Source: Gammaproteobacteria bacterium
GTDB taxonomy: Bacteria > Pseudomonadota > Gammaproteobacteria > Chromatiales > Chromatiaceae
Reading direction: 5' to 3'
DNA: 41,780 bases
NCBI GenBank assembly: GCA_024276875.1
Contig: JAJRWL010000181.1
Coordinates: 1 to 41,780 of the forward strand
The notes beneath the pieces are model-generated. The model worked only from the letters and a program-made list of their open reading frames with translations. It ran no database searches and was not told where the DNA came from. Made by a program: the position numbers and the translations under genes. Positions 20,535-28,242 of the stretch are shown here, piece after piece. Position 1 is the stretch's first letter. Each line of letters opens with the position of its first letter.

Positions 20535-20915
20535 ATGCAGTTGTCCGTTCTTAAATGTAAATTACACCGCGCTTGCGTGACCCATGCAGAGCTGGATTAT
20601 GAGGGGTCTTGCGCTATTGATCGCGATCTATTAGATAGGGCGGGCATACTGCCTTACGAGCAGATCCAAATCTACAATATCGCTAATGGTGAGCGTTTTA
20701 CCACCTATGCTATCGAGGCTGAAGCAGGTTCACGCATAATTTCCATTAATGGCGCAGCCGCTCATAAAGCAGCACCTGGGGATCGCATTATTATTTGCGC
20801 CTATGCGGGTTTGGATGAAAAAGAGCTGGCTAACTTTAAGCCCTCTTTGGTCTATCTGAACGAGCATAACCACATCACGCGCACTGGAGAGCAGATTCCA
20901 ACCCAGGTGGCGTGA
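20535..20915 (+). CDS. panD: Aspartate 1-decarboxylase
   Basis: From M14 of the tracked ORF: [34 protein letters not shown]. This includes the self-processing G-S site and is colinear with E. coli PanD. Confidence 0.9.
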   Translation: MQLSVLKCKLHRACVTHAELDYEGSCAIDRDLLDRAGILPYEQIQIYNIANGERFTTYAIEAEAGSRIISINGAAAHKAAPGDRIIICAYAGLDEKELANFKPSLVYLNEHNHITRTGEQIPTQVA

Positions 20916-20935
20916 TCGTCAATTGATTTTGATGT

Positions 20936-20965
20936 AAAAAACGGAGATTTTATGCTCCGTTTTTT
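20936..20965. terminator. Bidirectional intrinsic terminator between convergent panD and glgA
   Basis: aaaaaacggag-attttatg-ctccgtttttt: a stem flanked by an A-run and a T-run, so it carries a U-tract on both strands. It lies 20 nt after the panD stop and 4 nt after the glgA stop. Confidence 0.7.
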
Positions 20966-20969
20966 ATGC

Positions 20970-22487
20970 CTACTTGATTGGATTAGGTGTGGGGCTAAGA
21001 ATGGCTTTGCGGTAGAGATCAACATACTGAATGGCACTATTTGGCCAACTGAAATCTCGTCGCATACCTGTTATAGCCAGTTTTTGCCACCAGGAAGCGG
21101 GACGGTGATAGAACTCAATGGCGCGTTCAATAGCCTCCCACAGGGCGGGAGCTGTAGGGTGGTCAAATACAAACCCTGTTGCGCTTGTATCCAATAGGCT
21201 TTGAGGTGTGACATCAATAACGGTGTCAGCCAGGCCGCCGGTGCGGCGCACAATGGGGACAGTCCCGTAGCGTAGGCTGTAAAGCTGGTTCAGACCGCAG
21301 GGCTCAAATCGGGAAGGCATCAGGAAGCAATCACTTCCAGCTTCAATGCGGTGAGCCAATTGTTCATTGTATCCAATATGAATGGCCATTTTGCCAAGAT
21401 AGCGTTCGCTGGCATCACTCAGCGCCTCTTCAAATTGAGGCAGACCACTGCCTAGCATGGCAACCTGAAGATTTTCTACCTGTGCTAATTTAGGCAGTAG
21501 CTCTAATATTAGATCAATCCCTTTTTGCTCTACCAAACGCCCTATATAGCCCAATAGGAAGGCACTTTTATCTTGAGGCAGCCCCATCTCTTTTTGCAGT
21601 TGTAGCTTATTGGTCTGCTTTAGTTCAAAAGAGTTACTGTCAAAATATTGATGGATATATGCGTCAGCCGCTGGGTTCCAATATTGGTAATCAATGCCAT
21701 TGAGTATGCCAGAGAGTCGATCATCTCTATGGCGCAATAGTCCTTCAAGCCCATACCCAAATTCAGTTGAGCATATTTCATGGGCGTAGGTGGGGCTGAC
21801 AGTGTTCAGTCGGTCGGCAAAGGCCAGCCCACCTTTGATGAAAGAGAGTTTGCCATGAAATTCCAAACCATCATGGCTCCAAAGTTCGGATGGGAGCTGT
21901 AGCTTTTGGAATGTAGTGCGGTCAAACAGCCCCTGATAGGCCAGGTTGTGAATAGTAAAGAGTGTTGCTGGTCGGTTTCCTTCATGGTGAAGGAGTGCGG
22001 GAACCAGACCGGTTTGCCAATCATTGCAGTGGATGATGTCAGGTTGCCAGTTTTGCCCTGCCTGGTTTAGTGCCATTGCAACAATGGCTCGGCAAAAAAG
22101 CGCAAAACGCTGGGCATTGTCAGGCCAGTCATGGCCATCTGGGCCAACATAAGGGTTGCCGAGACGGTCAAATAGTCCTGGCGCATCAACCAGATAGAGT
22201 GGAATATTTCCAGAAAATACACCGGAAAGTAGGCGCACAGGCTCTGAGTGTCCACTGAGGTAAAGTGTTGCCACCTCTTTTAGTGGGATCGCTTTCTCTA
22301 CCACCTCTGGATAAGCCGGTAGAATAAGACGAATATCATGGTTTAAATGGCGCAATACTGGTGGCAGACTGCCTGAAACATCAGCAAGACCACCTGTTTT
22401 TATTAAAGGCTGTGCTTCGCTGGTGGCAAAGAGTACCTTTAGAGGGGCTTGTGATTCTGTGAGGGAGAAATTAGTGATGCTATCCAT
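20970..22487 (-). CDS. glgA: Glycogen synthase (ADP-glucose type)
   Basis: 505 aa. The N-terminal LKVLFATSEAQPLIKTGGLADV (KTGGL motif) and GT5 C-terminal domain motifs are present. Confidence 0.93.
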   Translation of the reverse strand: MDSITNFSLTESQAPLKVLFATSEAQPLIKTGGLADVSGSLPPVLRHLNHDIRLILPAYPEVVEKAIPLKEVATLYLSGHSEPVRLLSGVFSGNIPLYLVDAPGLFDRLGNPYVGPDGHDWPDNAQRFALFCRAIVAMALNQAGQNWQPDIIHCNDWQTGLVPALLHHEGNRPATLFTIHNLAYQGLFDRTTFQKLQLPSELWSHDGLEFHGKLSFIKGGLAFADRLNTVSPTYAHEICSTEFGYGLEGLLRHRDDRLSGILNGIDYQYWNPAADAYIHQYFDSNSFELKQTNKLQLQKEMGLPQDKSAFLLGYIGRLVEQKGIDLILELLPKLAQVENLQVAMLGSGLPQFEEALSDASERYLGKMAIHIGYNEQLAHRIEAGSDCFLMPSRFEPCGLNQLYSLRYGTVPIVRRTGGLADTVIDVTPQSLLDTSATGFVFDHPTAPALWEAIERAIEFYHRPASWWQKLAITGMRRDFSWPNSAIQYVDLYRKAILSPTPNPIK

Positions 22488-22572
22488 GCTTTACTTCTTG
22501 TGACAACAACATGAAATATCCGAGCTGGGTTAAAGGTAAATTTGCGTATACTCTAACACATGTCAGGAGCGC

Positions 22573-22614
22573 ACCGTTGTTGATGTTGTCTAGCAGCATT
22601 CAACGGTTTTTTTT
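22573..22614 (+). terminator. Terminator-like hairpin plus T8 in the pgi leader (possible attenuator or short RNA end)
   Basis: accgttg...caacggt closes an imperfect longer hairpin and is followed directly by eight T (22607..22614). It lies 26 nt upstream of the pgi ATG. No plus-strand gene lies upstream of it. Confidence 0.45.
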
Positions 22615-22640
22615 AGGTTAAATGACTGAAAATTTAAATT

Positions 22641-24287
22641 ATGACCATACTGAATCAGACGGAAGAGTGGCGTGCGTTAGAAGATCATTGGAGAAAGATC
22701 TCTACTACACAGATGAGGGATCTTTTTGCACAAGATCCGGAGCGTTTTGAGAATATGTCGCTAAATAATTGTGGCATGTTATTGGATTACTCCAAAAATA
22801 TTATTGACCGCAAAGGGCTGATGTTGTTGATGGAGTTGGCAAAGGCTGTAGACCTGAAAAGCTGGATTCGGCGCATGTTTGCGGGTGATAGCATTAATAA
22901 TACAGAGCGTCGTGCCGTACTTCATGTGGCATTGCGTAATCGAAGCGATCGCCCTATTTGGTTGGATGGCGAAGATATTATGCCAGGGGTGCAGAGTGTA
23001 CTGGCTCATGTTGCAACATTCTCTGAGGCTGTACGCAGTGGCGAGTGGCGAGGGCATACAGGGCAAAGAATTACGGATGTGGTTAATATTGGTATTGGTG
23101 GTTCAAACCTTGGCCCACTGATGGTGACTCAGGCGTTACAGCACTACCAGTCATCACAACCACGAGTACATTTTGTCTCTAATGTGGATGGTACTCATAT
23201 TGCTGAGACGCTTAAACAGTTAGATCCTAAAACCACGCTATTTATTATTGCCTCCAAGACATTTACCACCCAAGAAACCTTGACTAACGCCCATACGGCG
23301 CGAGAGTGGTCTCTTCATGCTTTAGTGGATAAGGTGGCTGTTGCTCGTCATTTTGTGGCAGTTTCAACCAATACAGAAGCGGTCAGTGAGTTTGGCATTG
23401 ATCCCGCTAACATGTTTGGTTTTTGGGATTGGGTGGGGGGACGCTATTCACTTTGGTCTGCTATTGGTCTCCCCATTGCCATTGCAGTAGGCATCGATAA
23501 ATTTGAGGAGCTATTAGCAGGTGCGCACGAAATGGATGAGCATTTTCGTACGGCAGAACTGTCAGAAAATATGCCGGTGATGTTGGCATTGCTCGGGATC
23601 TGGTATGTCAATTTTGCTGGGGCGCGCACCCATGCCATCCTCCCTTATGACCAATATCTACGCTATTTGCCCGCCTATCTGCAACAGCTTGATATGGAAA
23701 GTAACGGCAAACGAGTCACGCGGGATGGTAAAATCGTGAGATATGCTACGGGGCCTGTGGTGTGGGGTGCGGCGGGCACAGATGGCCAACATGCCTTTTA
23801 TCAGCTGATTCATCAGGGAACCCAGATGATACCGGCAGACTTCATTATCCCCCTGAAGAGCCACAATCCAGTGGCTGATCAACATCAAAAACTAATGGCT
23901 AACTTTCTAGCGCAGACCGAGGCGCTAATGAAGGGGCGCACGCGAGATGAAGCACGAGAGGCGCTAGAGCAGACAGGGCTGGATGCTGAGCGTATTGTCG
24001 ACTTGCTGCCACACAAGGTCTTTCCAGGAAATAGTCCAACCAATAGCATATTGATTGATCAGCTAACACCGCGTCGATTAGGATCGTTGATTGCGCTCTA
24101 TGAACATAAGATCTTTGTGCAGGGTATTATCTGGAATATCAACTCATTTGACCAATGGGGTGTGGAATTGGGCAAGCAGCTTGCGGGGGTTATTTTGGGT
24201 GAGCTGAAGGGTGAAACAGAGCCTGCGGAGCATGATGCATCCACAAGTAATTTGATTGGTTACTGTAAGCTGCATGGCTCATTTTGA
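22641..24287 (+). CDS. pgi: Glucose-6-phosphate isomerase
   Basis: 548 aa. [30 protein letters not shown] and ESNGK motifs. Confidence 0.95.
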   Translation: MTILNQTEEWRALEDHWRKISTTQMRDLFAQDPERFENMSLNNCGMLLDYSKNIIDRKGLMLLMELAKAVDLKSWIRRMFAGDSINNTERRAVLHVALRNRSDRPIWLDGEDIMPGVQSVLAHVATFSEAVRSGEWRGHTGQRITDVVNIGIGGSNLGPLMVTQALQHYQSSQPRVHFVSNVDGTHIAETLKQLDPKTTLFIIASKTFTTQETLTNAHTAREWSLHALVDKVAVARHFVAVSTNTEAVSEFGIDPANMFGFWDWVGGRYSLWSAIGLPIAIAVGIDKFEELLAGAHEMDEHFRTAELSENMPVMLALLGIWYVNFAGARTHAILPYDQYLRYLPAYLQQLDMESNGKRVTRDGKIVRYATGPVVWGAAGTDGQHAFYQLIHQGTQMIPADFIIPLKSHNPVADQHQKLMANFLAQTEALMKGRTRDEAREALEQTGLDAERIVDLLPHKVFPGNSPTNSILIDQLTPRRLGSLIALYEHKIFVQGIIWNINSFDQWGVELGKQLAGVILGELKGETEPAEHDASTSNLIGYCKLHGSF

Positions 24288-24298
24288 ATTACGAAAAC

Positions 24299-24328
24299 AA
24301 CAAAGCCCTGCAAGTGCAGGGCTTTGTT
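24299..24328. terminator. GC-rich hairpin terminator between convergent pgi and the PEP-CTERM gene
   Basis: aacaaagccctg-caagtg-cagggctttgtt. On the minus strand it is followed by TTGTTTTC, and on the plus strand the U-tract is partial. Confidence 0.6.
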
Positions 24329-24417
24329 ACAGAGGGTAGGCCGGTTTTGCTAAATTAATCTAGCTTGTGGCTCTATCCCCCCATCAATAGCAAACCTTCC
24401 ATTGGGTTTGGTATTGA

Positions 24418-25053
24418 TTAAGATTTACGTCGACGTGATGCAAATCCTGCTAAGCCAAGGCCGAAAAGTGCAAGTGTGGCTGGCTCTGGTACGGTACCTT
24501 GGCCAGAGCTGCCTTTGCGGTCTGACAGTAGTGCGTAGTCAAAGCCATAAAAATCACTTGAACCAGCACGATCAATGACAACATCCAATTTGCCAGAGGT
24601 GTTGATTGAATCCAGTACGTTTTGTGCCAAGTCAAAGAAACGAACCTTTGTTGTTGGGAAGCCATCGTTGAACGCCCAGTTTTGAGCGATGCCGTTGTAG
24701 GTCACGCCTACTGCGCCAAATGTACTGGCTTGGAAATCGGCCATATCAAACCACATGCTACCTTCCGTCCAGCCATTGCCTAGGCCGGTAAATGAAAACG
24801 TTGCAGTGTCGCCTGGCTGTGGCGCAAATCCTGAGTGTGTTGTGCTGTAGGTGTCTGTGTATTGAGCACCGTTGGTGGCTACTTTTTCAGCTGCACTGCG
24901 GCCATCGTAGTTGGCACTTGAGCCATTAAAAGTGTGATTGGCATTATCAGGGATCCCCATTCCATACCCATCGTCATCACCGATCATCCAGGTGGTTGCT
25001 AAAACTGGACTTGCTGCTAGTGCCAAAATTGCGGTGGCAAGTAATTTTTTCAT
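24418..25053 (-). CDS. PEP-CTERM sorting-domain secreted protein
   Basis: 211 aa. Signal peptide MKKLLATAILALAASPVLA. The C-terminus VPEPATLALFGLGLAGFASRRRKS is the PEP motif, a TM helix and a basic tail. This is the classical exosortase signal. Confidence 0.85.
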   Translation of the reverse strand: MKKLLATAILALAASPVLATTWMIGDDDGYGMGIPDNANHTFNGSSANYDGRSAAEKVATNGAQYTDTYSTTHSGFAPQPGDTATFSFTGLGNGWTEGSMWFDMADFQASTFGAVGVTYNGIAQNWAFNDGFPTTKVRFFDLAQNVLDSINTSGKLDVVIDRAGSSDFYGFDYALLSDRKGSSGQGTVPEPATLALFGLGLAGFASRRRKS

Positions 25054-25103
25054 TTCTAATTAACCCCTTGTAATAAAACTCTACATTTAATGAACTGAAA
25101 TCC

Positions 25104-25381
25104 AATGCAGGTCAGGCTTAAATAACCAGATTGAATAAGCATAAAAATATGCACTTATCAGTAAACATGCATATCTCATGCCAGTGATTCAATCAATTAT
25201 AAGTCAAACTTGGTAAGTCTAGTTAATAGAAGGTAATATTCTATGTAAACAATATGTTAGAGGATATTTTTACCTTGATTATTTGCTGGCTTTAGCCGCT
25301 ATGAAATGCAGGTTTATGTCTTAAATTGCCAACAGAATATGTTTTTAAAGCCCAAGTGTAAAAAAAGCTGACATCAAGTTA
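25104..25381. repeat. Tandem repeat unit A (promoter-proximal upstream module of the PEP-CTERM gene)
   Basis: Aligns along its whole length with 25396..25687, roughly 70-75% identity by eye with small indels. Near-identical blocks are taatattctatgtaaacaat.tgttagag, ttatttgctgg.tttagccgctat.aaatg and agtgtaaaaaaa.ctgaca. Confidence 0.8.
25168..25183 (-). promoter_or_regulatory. Sigma-54 (-24/-12) promoter candidate for the PEP-CTERM gene
   Basis: The minus strand reads TGGCATGAGATATGCA against the consensus TGGCACG-N4-TTGCW. GG and GC are at the correct spacing, with 2 mismatches at non-invariant positions. It lies about 115 nt upstream of the ATG at 25053 on the same strand. Confidence 0.6.
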
Positions 25382-25395
25382 ATAGCTTCTTTATA

Positions 25396-25687
25396 AATGC
25401 AGGCTCAAATAGGGCGGAATTATTAACTTACCAGGCTGAACAAGCCTAAAAAACGTCCATTAACGAGTGTGCGTACTTCATGCTAGTGATCCAATTAATC
25501 AATTTAAGCTGAACTTAGTGAATCCGGCTAATTTAAGTTAATATTCTATGTAAACAATCTGTTAGAGAGTGTTCGTATCTTGGTTATTTGCTGGTTTTAG
25601 CCGCTATAAAATGTAAATTTTTATCCTAAACGGCCAACAAAATATGCCTTTAAAGTCTAAGTGTAAAAAAAACTGACACTAACGTTA
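25396..25687. repeat. Tandem repeat unit B (distal copy, promoter-like element decayed)
   Basis: Copy of unit A offset by 292-305 nt. The position equivalent to the sigma-54 element (25470..25485) reads TAGCATGAAGTACGCA on the minus strand, so the invariant GG has become AG. Confidence 0.8.
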
Positions 25688-25928
25688 CACCCACAAACAG
25701 TTTGATTGATTATTACAAATAGCACCGCTAACTTAATAACGACACCTGAGGCATGTTTTTAAGGAGAGGGTGTGAGCCGTTATTACACAGGTTGCTATCT
25801 TTTTTGTGTTATTTGTGAAATAACACGCAACCGCAGTTTTGGCTCTCTAATTTTGTTATTAAGTAGATGGGGATAATTTGAGAGCATGCGTTTTCTAGAT
25901 TCAATTGAGTAGGAGCAAAGAGATAGCC

Positions 25929-26258
25929 ATGAATATTACTGACACCATCCGCCAACAGATTGCGAGCAACCCCGTCATGATTTATATGAAGGGTACGCCT
26001 AATCAGCCTCAGTGTGGCTTTTCAGCCAATGCTGCGGCTGCATTAATCAGTACAAATCTGCCATTTTCTCATGTGAATATACTGCAAGATATGTCGGTTA
26101 TGCAGGCGCTACCAACGGTTTCAGAGTGGCCAACTTTCCCTCAGATCTTTATTGATGGTGAGTTGATTGGGGGGGGGGATATCGTTATTGATCTTAATCA
26201 GAGTGGTGAATTGAAGCCTATGATGGAAGCGGCCATTAGCAAAGCTGCGGTGGTTTAA
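25929..26258 (+). CDS. grxD: Monothiol glutaredoxin (Grx4/GrxD family, CGFS)
   Basis: From the ATG at 25929: MNITDTIRQQIASNPVMIYMKGTPNQPQCGFS, and WPTFPQIFIDGELIGGGDIV. Colinear with E. coli GrxD as I recall it. Confidence 0.9.
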   Translation: MNITDTIRQQIASNPVMIYMKGTPNQPQCGFSANAAAALISTNLPFSHVNILQDMSVMQALPTVSEWPTFPQIFIDGELIGGGDIVIDLNQSGELKPMMEAAISKAAVV

Positions 26259-26260
26259 AG

Positions 26261-26503
26261 ATGAAGCAAGAAGAGGTCATTGCGCTGATTAAAATAGATT
26301 TCCCTGATGCTGAGATTTTAGTGGAAGGGGCAGATTGTAATTTTTCCTGTGTTGTTATTTGTTCAAAATTTGAAGGTTTGGGGTTGCTGCAAAGGCAAAA
26401 ATCGGTGTTGGCAACTGTAAAGGAACAGATCATATCGGGTGCATTGCATGCTATGTCTGTCAAGACATATACGCCGCAGCAATGGGCAAGGTTTTCAGGT
26501 TGA
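26261..26503 (+). CDS. BolA family protein
   Basis: 80 aa with BolA-like layout (..F.V.V.S..F.G...L.RQ..V...L...I..G.LHA....T.TP..W). Starts 2 nt after grxD. Grx-BolA pairing is well known. Confidence 0.8.
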   Translation: MKQEEVIALIKIDFPDAEILVEGADCNFSCVVICSKFEGLGLLQRQKSVLATVKEQIISGALHAMSVKTYTPQQWARFSG

Positions 26504-26707
26504 GCAATTACGCGCTGTTAGATTATCAGAACGGCTGTTCAATGCTTAAAACTTGAATCTTGTCGCTTTTTTAGTTGGAATTAGGGGGGGTCACAATAGC
26601 CTGGCTGCAAAGTAAAAAGAAAGAGAAATCAGTATGGTGTCCCCCTGATCTTTTTACTGCACTACAGTGCGTTACTACCTGTACTATACGTGCATCAGAA
26701 AAACATA

Positions 26708-28063
26708 ATGACAAAAACGACACATAGACAACGCAGTAAAAAGCCCCGTTCTCTGAGTATTGGCTTAATAATCCCCATTTTAATACTGCTACTCATTGCT
26801 CCCCCTTTAATCCTGCTAATCGCCATCAGTGATTCCTACGCATTGGTTGAAGAGACAGAAAAACTCGATAGTGGCAGTATCATTAAGGCAAAAAAGAGTG
26901 CAAAACAATTCTATAAAGGATTGATGGATGATTCTCCAAATCAACGCTCTGAAATCACAGTTTCAGAAAAGGAGATCAACAGCATCATTATCTTGGCCAT
27001 GCGGGGCATCAAAGGACTTAAAGGGCGAGTAAACATTGCGCCCTTTGGAATCAAAGCTGCCCTTACATTTCATGTACCAAGCAATCCATTTGGTAACTAC
27101 ATCAACTTAACTGGAACTATCATCCCGTCTACGCAGGGTCTATTCATCAATGATGCCTCTATTGGAGCAATTGAGCTAGCAGGGGAGCGGGTGTTATCCA
27201 TCATAGTGACACTCTTGAACCAACTGCTAGATGGCAAGGCAACCGGCACTGCATTGGCTAACTCTATTGAGTCAATCCAGGTCAAAGATACGACACTCTC
27301 TCTTATCTACCATCCCGTTCCCAATCTACGTAGGATCATTGATGGGAGCAAGGCGCAAATTAAAGAGATACGTGATGATCTTGAGCTATTGGGTGACCCA
27401 GCGACGACTAAGCTCTATTATCAACAACTTTGCAAATTTCACAGCCAGATAAGTGGCTTTGGTGATGTATCATTGGGGTACTATCTAAGTGCTGCATTCT
27501 CTTTTGCAAAACAACGTACTCTGATAAGTGAAGCACCAGTACAGGAAAATCAGGCGGCCATATTAGCGCTGGCTATATTTCTTGGTTCAATTGATTTTAA
27601 CAGCATTATTGGCGCTATCGATAAAGCGACATTCCAGGATTGTCCTTCAGTAGGTGATCATATTGTACTGGCTCACCGTAATGATCTACGGCTACACTTT
27701 ATTTTCTCTAGTGCACTTAAAGTCATCTCAGATAGCAACATCAGCTTTACCATGGGTGAATTTAAGGAGCTGCTTGATTCACAGCAAGGCGGCTCTGGCT
27801 TTAGCTTTGCTGATCTTGCTGCTGACCGAGCCGGCATCTATTTTACTGAACAGGCATTAGATAAAAACAGTGCCTTGCATATACAGCGAATGGCATCCGA
27901 TCTTATTAATGAGGCGCTGTTTTTCCCCTCAATATCTGAACTACCTGAGGGGATACCCCAGCATACCTTTGCCGCACATGGTGGCATTGAAGGCGACTAT
28001 TATAAAGAACAGTTAGCCATCATTAATCAGCGCATCAAGAACCTTTTGCTATACCCGCATTAA
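26708..28063 (+). CDS. Hypothetical membrane-anchored protein (about 451 aa)
   Basis: Long ORF (alternative GTG start at 26690). It has a basic N-terminus and then one hydrophobic helix (LSIGLIIPILILLLIAPPLILLIAI). The rest is soluble-looking. I recognise no family. Confidence 0.7.
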   Translation: MTKTTHRQRSKKPRSLSIGLIIPILILLLIAPPLILLIAISDSYALVEETEKLDSGSIIKAKKSAKQFYKGLMDDSPNQRSEITVSEKEINSIIILAMRGIKGLKGRVNIAPFGIKAALTFHVPSNPFGNYINLTGTIIPSTQGLFINDASIGAIELAGERVLSIIVTLLNQLLDGKATGTALANSIESIQVKDTTLSLIYHPVPNLRRIIDGSKAQIKEIRDDLELLGDPATTKLYYQQLCKFHSQISGFGDVSLGYYLSAAFSFAKQRTLISEAPVQENQAAILALAIFLGSIDFNSIIGAIDKATFQDCPSVGDHIVLAHRNDLRLHFIFSSALKVISDSNISFTMGEFKELLDSQQGGSGFSFADLAADRAGIYFTEQALDKNSALHIQRMASDLINEALFFPSISELPEGIPQHTFAAHGGIEGDYYKEQLAIINQRIKNLLLYPH

Positions 28064-28242
28064 CCTAAAAGAGCATAGGTGAGGCACAATCCAGTTGCCA
28101 CAGTGCATAGTTGAGTATCCCGCCGTTTAGGAAGTAACTCCACTCCTTGGCGGTATCAACGTTTTCTGGTTCCCACGCAGGAGCAAGGGGATGAGAGGAT
28201 GATCATGTTGGGGCTCACCCCAACCTACGCGCTCAATCGGCC

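Noticed and set aside
25104-25687. The tandem repeat region as a CRISPR array.
   Set aside because: There are only two units of about 290 bp each, diverged along their length, with no short conserved repeat/spacer periodicity and no cas genes.
26170-26178. A G9 homopolymer inside grxD (and G8 in panB at 19128..19135) as slipped-strand phase-variation switches.
   Set aside because: Both runs encode conserved Gly-Gly(-Gly) stretches (ELIGGGDIV, KEGGAH) in essential or core genes and are in frame. This looks like GGG codon usage and not contingency loci. They remain places where sequencing errors could arise.
26584-26660. A 10 bp inverted repeat agtaaaaaga/tctttttact with a G-run/C-run that could form a pseudoknot, lying between bolA and the 457 aa ORF (riboswitch-like leader?).
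   Set aside because: An AT-rich 10 bp inverted repeat within 50 nt is expected about once by chance in a window this size. The G-run/C-run pairing is short, and I recognise no known riboswitch signature.
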